Shown piece by piece: positions 1 to 13,426 of a stretch of 64,000 bases of DNA; the first letter of the stretch is position 1, and each line of letters starts with the position of its first letter. Location of the stretch: positions 2,197,710 through 2,261,709 of the forward strand of contig NW_003314281.1 in NCBI RefSeq assembly GCF_000143415.4. Direction: 5' to 3'. The position numbers were made by a program, and so were the translations under genes. Source of the stretch: Selaginella moellendorffii (lineage: Eukaryota > Plantae > Lycopodiophyta). Below the pieces are notes generated by a model. It saw nothing but the letters and a program-made list of their open reading frames with translations, made no database searches and was not told the DNA's origin.

Positions 1-3000
1 TAGCACGAGTTTGAGCTTGGGCTCGTGGGTGAGGCACATTAGCAACTCGAGATTAAACTTTGAGTTGGCAGGATTAATGGGAGGCGATCGATGGTTCCAT
101 ACGTTGTTCCATGTACCGTGGGTAAAAGCAAACCTCCCCTGAGTTTGCTATGAGTGGCAAATAGGCTGGTCCGTAGCTATTTAGCACGGCACTAGTGGAT
201 CCTTCCTAGGCATGATTACAAGTGGGTCAATCAAGACTATAGGATTAGTCTATTGGTTCAAGTAATCATTGCCATGCTCTCTCATAAACTTTTCTTGGAT
301 TGGACTGAAGGCAGTGCGAAAGCAAGCTTGAGGTTTGGTCAAAGATGAGACCGAAAAGAGAGTCATCGGGGACGAAGGATCAAACACGTAAATCATCTTC
401 TCTTCTTGGAAAGATGATTTGCAACAAGGGGTGACTCATTGCTCGTGTTCACATCATGCAATCAAGAGTCCCTATCTTGATACATGTTGGAGATGATGGT
501 CTTACAAATGGTGAGTTATGGGATGGATAGCAGTGAAGCGCTATACCATTTTGTCTAGGCTTGCTATTGGAAGACTTGGGTTGCAATGCTCAATTCTTTT
601 CCGGGGAACCTTGCTATTGCTCCTTGAGTAGCTTGGTGTTGGGTTAAGTTTTGAGTTTGGTCGAAAAGTGAGTGGCATGAGCTTGTCCGTGTTGTGAACA
701 AAAGTTGGTGGTGTTCAGTGTTGTAAATCTCTATCGGTGGAGTGTGGCATTTATGTTGCATTTTGTCGAATCGAGTTGGCACTTGATAATCACATAAACC
801 TTTGAAGTAATGACATTGGCATTGCTCGTGGTGTTCCTCAATTGATGATCAAATCATTGTGATTTCCATATCATATCCATGTGATAATGAGCAATGTGTT
901 TACGAAGTTGCTTGGTTAAACGATGATCAACCCCAAAGTGGTTGATGGTGAAGCTAGTCTACTTGCACGAAGTAGCATTGTAGTAGCTTTGACTGGATTC
1001 TCGATGGTGGTCCATTATGCTAAGCTTAAGTTGGTTCCTTGTTTCCTTGAGTTTGCCCACTAAGGTGTTGGAAAAAGGTTGTAGCATTCATTTGCTATAG
1101 CTCATCGGTTGATCCGTTAGCACTTGGAGTAGATTGTTGAATAGAGAAGGTGTGAGGTTGAGGCATTGACATTACTAGCACTTGTGTTAGTGGAAGTGGC
1201 ATTGTTGATTCGAGTGATGAGGAATTTTCCTTAGAGCTTGATTTTCCATGTCATTTTTCTTGTTAGTGTTTTAGCTTCACATTGGATCTTGAAAGTGGTT
1301 GAAGAAGAGTGTTAGTGCAATATGGATATCCGAAGATGTGGTCTTCGTGATCAAACCTTGGATGTCCCATTTGCATTTTATGGATGTCGGAGTTGGATGT
1401 CGGAAGTATGGGTAAAAAAAAAAAAATGTTCAAGGCTTAAGCATACTATGGGTCATGAGAATTTGTGTTGAGGTGAACCTATGTGAAGTTGTTAGTAGAA
1501 GGAAGTTGGTTGAGTCTTGAAAGTTTGTATTCCTAGACTGAGAGTCATTCTTTCTCTAGGATGGAAATTTTCCACAAATTTTCTTAGACTTTTTCAATGG
1601 CTGATCTGTTATCACTTTGTTCGAAAACCATTCCGTTTTCATAAGCCAATACAAACTAGTGAAGGGGTTGGAGTTGACTTCGGTTAGCTTAGACCTTAGT
1701 AGATAGTTTGTATGATGCGGCCCGAAAGGGATGCTAACTTTTGGGGCTAAGGCAATTGAGTTGGATAAAGTCTGGAGTTAATGTAGAAAAGTGGCCATTG
1801 CACTTTTCTAGAAAGGTGACCCTTGTGCCTTTCTTTTGTAACATTATGCTTGGTGGCAGGTTGCACCTTGCATTTCGTAAGACTCTATGAGGGTAGTGAG
1901 CTCTCACTGATCTTGATTTGGTCTTGGTGGCTTTGCACCTTGGCTAAGGATAGTGATGTCCAACTTAGTTGTTTGCAGTTGAGATGTTGGTACCCGTACT
2001 ATAGCTTGGTCTATGAGGAGGTTGTGTACCGACATGAGTCCATCTCATGGTCTTCACTTGAGTTTCGACTTAGTGTTGATCATGTATAGCTAGCCTCTTC
2101 AAGGCATGCTCAGAGCTAGTGGTTAAATGCATTGGTGAGTTTATCGCGGTTGAGTTGGATTCGAGTGGTCATTTAGTTTGTGCTTGTCTATGAACCTTTA
2201 TCTCGTCCATGAGGTATTACGTTCATGTTGGACAAGTATATGACTCGATGGCATGAGTTTAGTGTTTGGGTCTTGTGAAGGCAAGTTGAAAGAGTGATTG
2301 TTAGTTGCTTTGCGACTAGTGATTGCTTGTAGATTTTGTCAAAGACTGTTACACTTGCTTCACTTGATAATGATTCAGCAGTGATGGGCTTGCTTTATCG
2401 GATGGTGTTGCGGAGGATCGTGTCATTAGACTTATATGGTTTTCCATGTTGGTATGTTGACTCTACCTCTGTTTATATCATTTGGTTGCATTTAGTTTAT
2501 AGTGTTGGATTTCATGGAGTCTTGGATGTGGTGATTCACTCCTTGAGGAAGTGTTATCTGTGACTGAGTATTGTTGAGAGATTGGTCTCGGATACTGAGT
2601 AAAGTATCTCCGACTTTGGTTAGCTTGGTTGCTAGAGAGCTTTGAGTGGTGATACACTCGTGCTTTCTTCTAGCTTTGTTCTAGTGTTGGTGGCACTAAG
2701 GTGATGCCTTGTCGTTGACATTGTTGATGTTGAGATTTCAGTGAAATGAGATGTCTCTCCGCAAGATTGATGTCGAGTTTCATTAGTTTTGATGAAGATA
2801 GTGTCGATGATTTGGCTATAACTTTGTGTTATTAGCATTCGTGCATTTGCTAGTTAGCAACTGTGTTGACGTTCAAATGAACTGAGTGACAAGTTTGAGT
2901 TAGTTGTGTTCTAGACGAGATTATTTAGTAAAGGTTGAGCTTTGGCTTTTCCTTGAAAAGTGATTCAGTCGTGGACTATGCTAACTCTACAAGCAGAAGA

Positions 3001-5714
3001 ATTAGTGATTGATATTGGAATGTTTGAATCCTTATTGGATTTGAGTTGGAATATATCGATCATTGATGATTCTTCTTGTGCTTGTTATGAAGTGAGTTAC
3101 GTCTTGCTATAGATGGATTCATGGAGGATCGTTTGGTGATCACTTGTTGAGCATAGCTTTGTTATGCTTAGCTTTTGGATTGATGCAGACATGCTCTTCA
3201 TTAGCTTTGCACTAAGAAGTTTAGCTTATAGATGTGTTGAGGAGGATATTGTGGGTTGTACCACGATTTCTTCTTTAGCGTTGAAGTTAGTTCATGCGAG
3301 ACTCGTGATCATTGTTAGGCAAGACTTGGCTATAAGTTTCTTCGAGCTTTTGGTTCCTTGAGCTTTCATGCTTGTGGACCATTGGTTAGAAGTTGTTGGG
3401 GAAGACATTTTGGCTTGTTAGCTTCGATGAAGTTAGTATTTGCATCTAGCAATCATTGGTGATGATTGACTATCATCTAGGGTAGTTGATTATCTTTATC
3501 ACAAGTTTTGCTTGATTATTGTTAATATAGAATGATTTGCCATTCTGCGGGATGGTGGATTCCTTCTTTGACAATGATTATGCATCTCTTTATTGATGGG
3601 ATGATTGACAATCTTTCATGATAGTTGGTTATTCTCTTTGATGGCTTTTGGCTTTTCGCAATACCACATATTTTTTGTGATTTGCTCTGGATTGGTCTCT
3701 TGGGTTAGAGACATCAGTAGGATGTTGCTGACACTTGCTTATGCAACTTGAGTTCCTTGGTATTGTTGGCTGGGATCTATTCAGATTGGCTTTTGTGTTA
3801 GTTGGCACGAATGAGTGTTTGTTGGTCTTACCACATTCATTCTCTTCTGTTGATTATTGCTTGAGTTAGTTCTGATAGGTTGGGATGTTATTTCCTTCGG
3901 GTGATACATTCGCGAGCATTGTGCTTGTTAGTCAATAATACTTTGTGTTCTTTGAGTTATCTTTCGTAAGTTGTTTGGCATTCTGTCTGCAATCTTTAAT
4001 AGTTAAGCTTTATCATTGAGTTTACTTGATGATATACTTGCTATTGAATTTTGTTTGATGGTGAATCCTATGTTTACCAATTCTGATGATCTTGGTGGTT
4101 CATATACTATAATACTAGTTTATCGGATGATAACTTACTTGTAATACTTTTGTGTTCTAATCTAAGATATACTCACTGATAATTAAGTCTCTAAGATATC
4201 ATTGTCTATGACTTTGATATTGTCCATCTATTGATCTTTGAGTTTGGGCCAGTATAGGCAGACTGGCTTCGGCACTTCGTGTGCATGGTGAAATCTCTAA
4301 TCATGGGGTAGCTACTGTCGACTGGTCACATAACCCACCTCTCTGTCGATGTTCCTTATTCCGTTAAAAGGGCGTGACCGTGTAAACAACTCTAACTGCC
4401 TGTTTACAGTAGTCTATCTAAACCTTACCGACGGGTTTGGTTTCTTTGCTTAGGAGGGTTGGGGCCTCTGGCTTCTCTCTCTATGTCCTTGCGGGCAGGG
4501 GCGTATCACACTTTTGTAAGCTGGGTGACTCCCAGAGCAGCAAGGGTGGCTGACTCCGTTGGTCATTTCCTTGTCGGTGACGGCCGGAAGGTGTCTAAGC
4601 TGGTAGCGCATCCGCGTTAGACAAAGAGGTTGCCCCCTAACTCATTTAAGTTGGTGCATTTCTCACATAGTGTGAGTACCGTGAACTTTTTCTGGAGTTG
4701 TTTCCCATGCGGTATTCTAGACTCGAGTGTGCATCGACGAGGACGTCGATCTTCCCTAGGGGGGGAGAGTGTCGCGAATGTGACTTTGGGTATCGAAAGT
4801 TACCTGTCGACCAGTCCTTACGGACACTCTTACCTTACTGCCACGATGGCAGGAGGTCGGTACTGCTGGTTCCCTTTATTAGCCCCTCTTGTTCAAGTGT
4901 TAGTAAACTGGACTTTGCATCTGTACTTGGCCGGATGAGCATAAGGAAGGAATTCCTAAGTGTCTATTTAGCTGAGCATACTTGGCCTGGCTTGTTAGTT
5001 CTCTTTTGCTCTGTCTTGCACTGGCTTGACAAAAACCCTCGCGTATTGAGATTGGTCCCTCAATATTGCTACATGATAGCTTACCGTGTCTGCCAAACAC
5101 CCTCGCTATCATGCCCTTTGTGTTAGTCTCATTTCGGTCCCAAATGCTATTTATGGAAAGTGTCCAGATTTGCTCATTTGGCATATCTACGGAATGTAGG
5201 GATTGTCCTGAACACAATGGTGTTCATTCCATGTCCAAATTCGCAATCTAGGGACATTCCATATTTAGTAAGTTTCGAGCTTGTCCCAGAGACTAACTCC
5301 TGATACTAAGGGAGGCTTGGGGTGAAAGCCCAAAGCGTGTGTTCCTCAAGGGGGGGGGGGCCTGTGGGGGGTTCCAAATGTATAGTAGGGATAGTGGGTA
5401 GGTCGGGCATGGCCGACCAACCTGAGGCATAGTCTAGCTCCTGCTTGCGTGCCTGTCCTTGTTCTGCGTCCGGCTTGGGTCTAAGCCCAAGTTCCATTCC
5501 ATGCTAGTTGGTGGAGTACCCATGTCCTTGCATTAGGCCACCGGTATGCCGAAATAGCGCCAGACTCCGTTTGGCTCCGTTTTGCGTGCTGGTCCTGGCA
5601 TTGGGATGTTGGTTGCTCTAGGACTGTTCCAAGTCGCTCCGGGCCCCTGTCCCTTCGCTCCTTGGGCTTTATGCTCGGGAGTTGCTCCGTGGTTCGGTTC
5701 CATCACTCCTTGGC
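1..5714 (+). mobile_element. Non-autonomous LTR retroelement, family 1 copy A (internal region, PPT, truncated 3' LTR; 5' end outside window)
   Basis: Internal sequence is colinear with 24850-29483. Purine tract AGGGGGGGAGAG (4758-4769) is followed by LTR start TGTCGCGAATGTG at 4770. LTR breaks off at ~5714. No gag/pol ORF. Confidence 0.9.
4770..5714 (+). repeat. 3' LTR of copy A (3'-truncated)
   Basis: Starts TG directly after the PPT; matches the reverse complement of ~9415-10359 and matches 23496-24423. Confidence 0.9.
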
Positions 5715-8700
5715 CAGTTTCTCAACTAGCTTAGGCGGAGACTGATAACGAGCCCAGCAATACCGACCTCCTGCCAAAGTGCAAAGCTAATGAAGAGCAT
5801 GTCTGCATCAATCCAAAAGCTAAGCATAACAAAGCTATGCTCAACAAGTGATCACCAAATGATCCTCCATGAATCCATCTATAGCAAGACGTAACTCACT
5901 TCATAACAAGCACAAGAAGAATCATCAATGATCGATATATTCCAACTCAAATCCAATAAGGATTCAAACATTCCAATATCAATCACTAATTCTTCTGCTT
6001 GTAGAGTTAGCATAGTCCACGACTGAATCACTTTTCAAGGAAAAGCCAAAGCTCAACCTTTACTAAATAATCTCGTCTAGAACACAACTAACTCAAACTT
6101 GTCACTCAGTTCATTTGAACGTCAACACAGTTGCTAACTAGCAAATGCACGAATGCTAATAACACAAAGCTATAGCCAAATCATCGATACTATCTTCATC
6201 AAAACTAATGAAACTCGACATCAATCTTGCGGAGAGACATCTCATTTCACTGAAATCTCAACATCAACAATGTCAACGACAAGGCATCACCTTAGTGCCA
6301 CCAACACTAGAACAAAGCTAGAAGAAAGCACGAGTGTATCACCACTCAAAGCTCTCTAGCAACCAAGCTAACCAAAGTCGGAGATACTTTACTCAGTATC
6401 CGAGACCAATCTCTCAACAATACTCAGTCACAGATAACACTTCCTCAAGGAGTGAATCACCACATCCAAGACTCCATGAAATCCAACACTATGAACTAAA
6501 TGCAACCAAATGATATAAATAGAGGTAGAGTCAACATACTAACATGGAAAACCATATAAGTCTAAGGACACGATCCTCCGCAACACCATCCGATAAAGCA
6601 AGCCCATCACTGTTGAATCATTATCAAGTCAAGCAAGTGTAACAGTCTTTGACAAAATCTACAAGCAATCACTAGTCGCAAAGCAACTAACAATCACTCT
6701 TTCAACTTGCCTTCACAAGACCCAAACACTAAACTCATGCCATCGAGTCATATACTTGTCCAACATGAACGTAATACCTCATGGACAAGATAAAGGTTCA
6801 TAGACAAGCACAAACTAAATGACCACTCGAATCCAACTCAACCGCGATAAACTCACCAATGCATTTAACCACTAGCTCTGAGCATGCCTTGAAGAGGCTA
6901 GCTATACATGATCAACACTAAGTCGAAACTCAAGTGAAGACCATGAGATGGACTCATGTCGGTACACAACCTCCTCATAGACCAAGCTATAGTACGGGTA
7001 CCAACATCTCAACTGCAAACAACTAAGTTGGACATCACTATCCTTAGCCAAGGCGCAAAGCCACCAAGACCAAATCAAGATCAGTGAGAGCTCACTACCC
7101 TCATAGAGTCTTACGAAATGCAAGGTGCAACCTGCCACCAAGCATAATGTTACAAAAGAAAGGCACAAGGGTCACCTTTCTAGAAAAGTGCAATGGCCAC
7201 TTTTCTACATTAACTCCAGACTCTATCCAACTCAATTGCCTTAGCCCCAAAAGTTAGCATCCCTTTCGGGCCGCATCATACAAACTATCTACTAAGGTCT
7301 AAGCTAACCGAAGTCAACTCCAACCCCTTCACTAGTTTGTATTGGCTTATGAAAACGGAATGGTTTTCGAACAAAGTGATAACAGATCAGCCATTGAAAA
7401 AGTCTAAGAAAATTTGTGGAAAATTTCCATCCTAGAGAAAGAATGACTCTCAGTCTAGGAATACAAACTTTCAAGACTCAACCAACTTCCTTCTACTAAC
7501 AACTTCACATAGGTTCACCTCAACACAAATTCTCATGACCCATAGTATGCTTAAGCCTTGAACATTTTTTTTTTTTTACCCATACTTCCGACATCCAACT
7601 CCGACATCCATAAAATGCAAATGGGACATCCAAGGTTTGATCACGAAGACCACATCTTCGGATATCCATATTGCACTAACACTCTTCTTCAACCACTTTC
7701 AAGATCCAATGTGAAGCTAAAACACTAACAAGAAAAATGACATAGAAAATCAAGCTCTAAGGAAAATTCCTCATCACTCGAATCAACAATGCCACTTCCA
7801 CTAACACAAGTGCTAGTAATGTCAATGCCTCAACCTCACACCTTCTCTATTCAACAATCTACTCCAAGTGCTAACGGATCAACCGATGAGATATAGCAAA
7901 TGAATGCTACAACCTTTTTCCAACACCTTAGTGGGCAAACTCAAGGAAACAAGGAACCAACTTAAGCTTAGCATAATGGACCACCATCGAGAATCCAGTC
8001 AAAGCTACTACAATGCTACTTCGTGCAAGTAGACTAGCTTCACCATCAACCACTTTGGGGTTGATCATCGTTTAACCAAGCAACTTGGTAAACACATTGC
8101 TCATTATCACATGGATATGATATGGAAATCACAATGATTTGATCATCAATTGAGGAACACCACGAGCAATGCCAATGTCATTACTTCAAAGGTTTATGTG
8201 ATTATCAAGTGCCAACTCGATTCGACAAAATGCAACATAAATGCCACACTCCACCGATAGAGATTTACAACACTGAACACCACCAACTTTTGTTCACAAC
8301 ACAGACAAGCTTATGCCACTCACTTTTCGACCAAACTCAAAACTTAACCCAACACCAAGCTACTCAAGGAGCAATAGCAAGGTTCCCCGGAAAAGAATTG
8401 AGCATTGCAACCCAAGTCTTCCAATAGCAAGCCTAGACAAAATGGTATAGCGCTTCACTGCTATCCATCCCATAACTCACCATTTGTAAGACCATCATCT
8501 CCAACATGTATCAAGATAGGGACTCTTGATTGCATGATGTGAACACGAGCAATGAGTCACCCCTCGTTGCAAATCATCTTTCCAAGAAGAGAAGATGATT
8601 TACGTGTTTGATCCTTCGTCCCTGATGACTCTCTTTTCGGTCTCATCCTTTTGACCAAACCTCAAGCTTGCGTTCACACTGCCTTCAGTTCAATCGAAGA

Positions 8701-8917
8701 AAAGTTTATGAGAGAGCACGGCAACAATTACTTGAATCAATTGACTCATCTCTATAGTCTTGATTGATCCACTTGTAACCATGCCTAGGAAGGATCCACT
8801 AGCGCCGTGCTAAACAGCTACGGACCAGCCTATTTGCCACTCATAGCAAACTCAAGGAGGTTTGCTTTCACCCCATGGTACATGGAACAACTCATAGAAC
8901 CACCGATAGGCTAACAT

Positions 8918-9031
8918 NNNNNNNNNNNNNNNNNNNNNNNNNNNNNNNNNNNNNNNNNNNNNNNNNNNNNNNNNNNNNNNNNNNNNNNNNNNNNNNNNNN
9001 NNNNNNNNNNNNNNNNNNNNNNNNNNNNNNN
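8918..9031. other. Assembly gap
   Basis: N run. Confidence 1.
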
Positions 9032-9193
9032 GCTCACATTGTTAGGTACAAAAGGTAACCAAAACCATACCCAAGGAACGAATGCGAACCCTTTGCACCA
9101 AACGTGTACCCACTCGGATCATCATTTTCATCTCTGCGTATGCAACGAGACTAGTTGCCCAATCTCATTGAATAGTACTCGCTGAGACTCATC

Positions 9194-9204
9194 CTCTGAT
9201 ACCA
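9194..9204 (-). promoter_or_regulatory. Primer binding site, tRNA-iMet type (TGGTATCAGAG)
   Basis: + strand CTCTGATACCA lies 2 nt from the LTR end. Confidence 0.9.
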
Positions 9205-9206
9205 AA

Positions 9207-10359
9207 TGTAACGCACGTGGTTTTGACCCTTTATCCTATGGTGATTTACCATAGGATAACACCACGAAGCGGAACCTAAACCCTCTTTCTGCCACGTGAC
9301 AAATGCCACGTGTCACATGCCACATATCCATGCCATGTGCCCACAGGAACCCGAGGTTCAGGGCCTTGGGCCACTGAACGAAGGAACGGTGCCAAACTCC
9401 CAAACATGGAGCCAAGGAGTGATGGAACCGAACCACGGAGCAACTCCCGAGCATAAAGCCCAAGGAGCGAAGGGACAGGGGCCCGGAGCGACTTGGAACA
9501 GTCCTAGAGCAACCAACATCCCAATGCCAGGACCAGCACGCAAAACGGAGCCAAACGGAGTCTGGCGCTATTTCGGCATACCGGTGGCCTAATGCGAGGA
9601 CATGGGTACTCCACCAACTAGCATGGAATGGAACTTGGGCTTAGACCCAAGCCGGACGTAGAACAAGGACAGGCACGCAAGCAGGAGCTAGACTATGCCT
9701 CAGGTTGGTCGGCCATGCCCGACCTACCCACTATCCCTACTATACATTTGGAACCCCCCACAGCCCCCCCCCCCCCCCCTTGAGGAACACACGCTTTGGG
9801 CTTTCACCCCAAGCCTCCCTTAGTATCAGGAGTTAGTCTCTGGGACAAGCTCGAAACTTACTAAATATGGAATGTCCCTAGATTGCGAATTTGGACATGG
9901 AATGAACACCATTGTGTTCAGGACGATCCCTACATTCCGTAGATATGCCAAATTAGTAAATCTGGACACTTTCTATAAATAGCATTTGGGACCGAAATGA
10001 GACTAACACAAAGGGCATGATAGCGAGGGTGTTTGGCAGACACGGTAAGCTATCATGTAGCAATATTGAGGGACCAATCTCAATACGCGAGGGTTTTTGT
10101 CAAGCCAGTGCAAGACAGAGCAAAAGAGAACTAACAAGCCGGGCCAAGTATGCTCAGCTAAATAGACACTTAGGAATTCCTTCCTTATGCTCATCCGGCC
10201 AAGTACAGATGCAAAGTCCAGTTTACTAACACTTGAACAAGAGGGGCTAATAAAGGGAACCAGCAGTACCGACCTCCTGCCATCGTGGCAGTAAGGTAAG
10301 AGTGTCCGTAAGGACTGGTCGACAGGTAACTTTCGATACCCAAAGTCACATTCGCGACA
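9207..10359 (-). repeat. Complete 5' LTR of copy B (1153 bp, TG...CA)
   Basis: Minus strand begins TGTCGCGAA and ends GCGTTACA, followed by the PBS. Confidence 0.92.
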
Positions 10360-11094
10360 CTACTTGAGAGGTCAGCACTTACTCTACAGGCCAACGGTTA
10401 TCAATGGCCACCTTTCAGAGTGCCACCACCATCTCGGCACTCCACCATACCACTCCATCTTTCATGATTTCCACACTTACCACCCTTGGGGAACGCATCC
10501 CCTCTTCTAGCCCTCTTTCTTTCTTGATTTCAGCCAATCCTTGGAGCATACTGGAAGTCATCAAGAGGCTCCATTTTCATATTACACTTCCCTGAGCCGA
10601 AATCTAGGTATGGGTTAAGTTCTTTGGGTGCTCACTCTTTTTCCTCTATTTCCTCCTCTTTTCACACTTTTTCTACACTTTTTCTTCAACTTTAGGGTCT
10701 AGTTTGACTACAGGGTTTCCCACCGGGTTTTCCTCCCTGTCTCCAAACTTCACACCTACCTATTTTCTTTCTTTTTTCACATTGTTTTCCAGAGTTTTTA
10801 CTATTTCACGCAGCTACCAGCACTTGGCATCAGTAGCAGAGGTACACTCTACACTCTTCAGTGGGTTCTCGCGCGTCTGGAGCCAACGAGATCCACCGTG
10901 GTCGCATGTTAGGGCGTGGCCATCGAGAGAGTGAGAGAGAGAGAGGGAATATTCTGGTCCTTAGAATATTCCCGATCTTCCTTGTATAAAACCCTTGCCC
11001 CACAAGGGCAAGGGGGGGGGGGGGGGGGGGGGCTTTTAAACCTTTCCCATGTGTGAGAGAGCGTTGGGGAAGGTGCCCCCTCCTTCTCCCAACA
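10360..11094 (+). mobile_element. 3' end of a family 2 element: 3' non-coding region plus short LTR (10907-11094)
   Basis: 10360-10445 matches 15946-16032. 10907-11094 (TGTTAGGGCG...CCCAACA) matches LTR 12031-12224. Confidence 0.7.
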
Positions 11095-11300
11095 CCGCTG
11101 AGCTGTGTCCCTCTTTGTTCTACATATGGCTTGGGTCTAAGCCCAATCTCCATGCTGCTCTAGTTGGTGGGGTACCTTCCTCCTTGCGTTAGGCCACCGG
11201 TATGCCAAAATTGTGCCAAACTTTGTCTGACACTATTTTGCATGCAGGTGTTGGATATGGGGAATTGGTGCTTATGGAATTGTACCGAACCCTCATTTAG
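11095..11300 (+). repeat. Diverged LTR fragment related to family 1
   Basis: Shares GGCTTGGGTCTAAGCCCAA and GTTAGGCCACCGGTATGCC blocks with the family 1 LTR (~5455-5630). Confidence 0.65.
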
Positions 11301-11394
11301 TAGTGCAACGGGCTTGGAATTCAGCTCCAATTTCAGGTGCTCTACATTTATATAGTCACACCTTTTTAAATGGAATATGTTCCAAATAGAATTC

Positions 11395-11600
11395 CAAACA
11401 GAGATCTAAGGACCCAATGAGCTCTTTAGTCTGATGAATATGTAAATCCCAACCACAAGTCTCCCAACACCAGGTTTTCAAGAAATCCTATTTATTGAAA
11501 ACTTTTCTTAACCAAAAAATGGTGGTAACTTGTTCTTAGCCTGCAAGATACACTTGGATTTGTAGTTGTCTTCCGCCTCTGTGGTCTATGCCTTCAATTA
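11395..11600 (-). mobile_element. Diverged fragment of the MULE-like element
   Basis: Homologous to ~35055-35250 and ~47680-47870 (AGATCTAAGGACCCAATGAGCTCTTTA...). Confidence 0.65.
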
Positions 11601-12226
11601 ATTACAACACTACTTGCTCATGAGGAAGATAATAGTGCATGTTTCACACAATTGTAAGCAATTAAAAGAAACAACTTGAAAGACGAGTTATAGGGGTTTA
11701 AATTTAGAGGGAAAGAGCCCATAAACAAAAATGCACTCCCTTTTCAATTGGTTAAGGGTCTTATGATATTTGGGGTTAAGTGCCTATAGTATTGAGTTGG
11801 GTGACTTTTTGAGAAGTCTAAATTTAGGAGTTTACATTTGGTATTAGAAAGGTTTTGGGTCCAACTCTGTTAGTTGGCTTAGGGGAATCACACTACATGT
11901 TGAGATTGAAATCTAGTAAGTCCAATTTACCTTGTTTTGGGATATTTGGGGTTAAACGTCTTTGGGTTTAAGTAGTACTGGGTTGGGTGACATCCTAGGA
12001 AGTCCAAATTCAAGAGCTAACATTTAGTATTGTTAGGGCGTGGCCATTGAGAGAGTGAGAGAGTGAGAGAGGGAATATTCTGATCCTTAGAATATTCTCT
12101 ATCTTCCTTGTATAAAACCCTTACCCCACAAGGGCAAGGGGGGGGGGGCATTTTTGTAGAGAGCATTAAAGCATTGCTAATGTTTGAGTGAGCATTGGGA
12201 GAGGTGCCCTTTCTTCCCCCAACAAA

Positions 12227-12243
12227 TGGTGAACCCGGCGTGA
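12227..12243 (+). promoter_or_regulatory. Primer binding site, tRNA-Trp type (TGGTGAACCCGGCGTGA)
   Basis: Lies 2 nt after LTR end CCCAACA; one mismatch to the complement of the plant tRNA-Trp 3' end (TGGTGAACCCGACGTGA). Confidence 0.75.
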
Positions 12244-13426
12244 CGTGCAGCACTTTCTGAGGCGTCATTTCTCTTTTTTTCTTTTGGGCCGCGGAATTTG
12301 GGAAGGAATTCCTTGTTTGTTTTGCGGTGGTTTTGTTTGATCTTAAGCTTGTTGGATAGATCTGGAGCTCCTCTTTCCAGCAAGATATGGCGCTCATCAA
12401 ACCGTGCAGTATTTGAAGAGATACAACGTTTCTTGGCTCAGTCGGAGGAACATTTTGGGGTTTTCACTTTCTCGCCTGGATCCTCGGCTCAATTTCTCAA
12501 GATAGTGCATTTGGGCTTCTAGATTTAGTTTAAATCTACGAGTAGTGGTAATTCTTGGCGCTAGATTTGGCCAAATTGACAGCATGGAAGAGGATTTTCT
12601 TCTCTGACTAGATTGTGTCAACTTTATAGCAGCAATTCGTGCTCCTCCGAGCTTTGTTTTGGCTGCCGTTTGTTTCTAGAGGTGCTCCTGGTCCTAGGCT
12701 TTTCGAAAATACCAATGGCGCCTTAGTATCAATCTACATCAGTGATATGCACATGTTTTTCCACAATATTGGCATTCTGGGCTACCTCTTCATGGATTTC
12801 AGGGAATATTAAAGTGGCATCTTCCCAAAATTTCTGTGATAGAGGGTAGACAGGGTTGAGCTCTTTCCAACGAGCCCACCAACAGTCAAAATGGGGAAGG
12901 ATCGAGACTAGAGGACTCATTTTTCTCTTTTGGGCTAAACTTTGTTGGAGATTCCTTGGGAATGAAGCAATCTTCAAGGAACAGGTAGACATAGAAACAG
13001 GAACAGGGGGAGCAAGAACAAGGGTTGGCATAGGAACAGGGACAGAAGGAACAGGCACAGAGATAGGAGTTCGTGTTGGAGCAGGTGTAGGAGTAGGAGT
13101 GGAGCAGCTGGTTACCAGTTACAGGTTACCGGCTACTCCAGAGGCTACTCCGCTGGCTACTTCAGCGGTTACCCCAGCGGCTACTCCAGCAGCTAGTTCA
13201 GCGGCTACTCTAGCGGCTACTTCAGCGGTTACAGGTCAATGGTGACGTGTGCTTGAGGCCTACATCTCCCTCCATTTTGACCCTTATTTCTCTTCGTCAT
13301 AAGCAATTTGGGCAACTTTGAGCAACTTGGGCACTAGCCTATAGTCTTCTTACTCCCGCCAACCCAGTTGCCTTCACCGGGCATTTCCAGTGTTCAGGGT
13401 ATTTGATGCCGGTATAAACTAGACGT

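Larger units (their letters stand above)
5778..10359 (-). mobile_element. Family 1 copy B (5' LTR, PBS, 5' part of internal region), inverted relative to copy A
   Basis: 5778-8917 is the reverse complement of ~74-3213 (mirrored ORFs 564..782/8209..8427, 1823..2089/6902..7168, 2632..2838/6153..6359). Full LTR at 9207-10359. Confidence 0.92.

Noticed and set aside
564-10394. Short ORFs in family 1 LTRs and internal region
   Set aside because: Under ~145 aa, no domains, alternative starts, and they recur only because the DNA is repeated.
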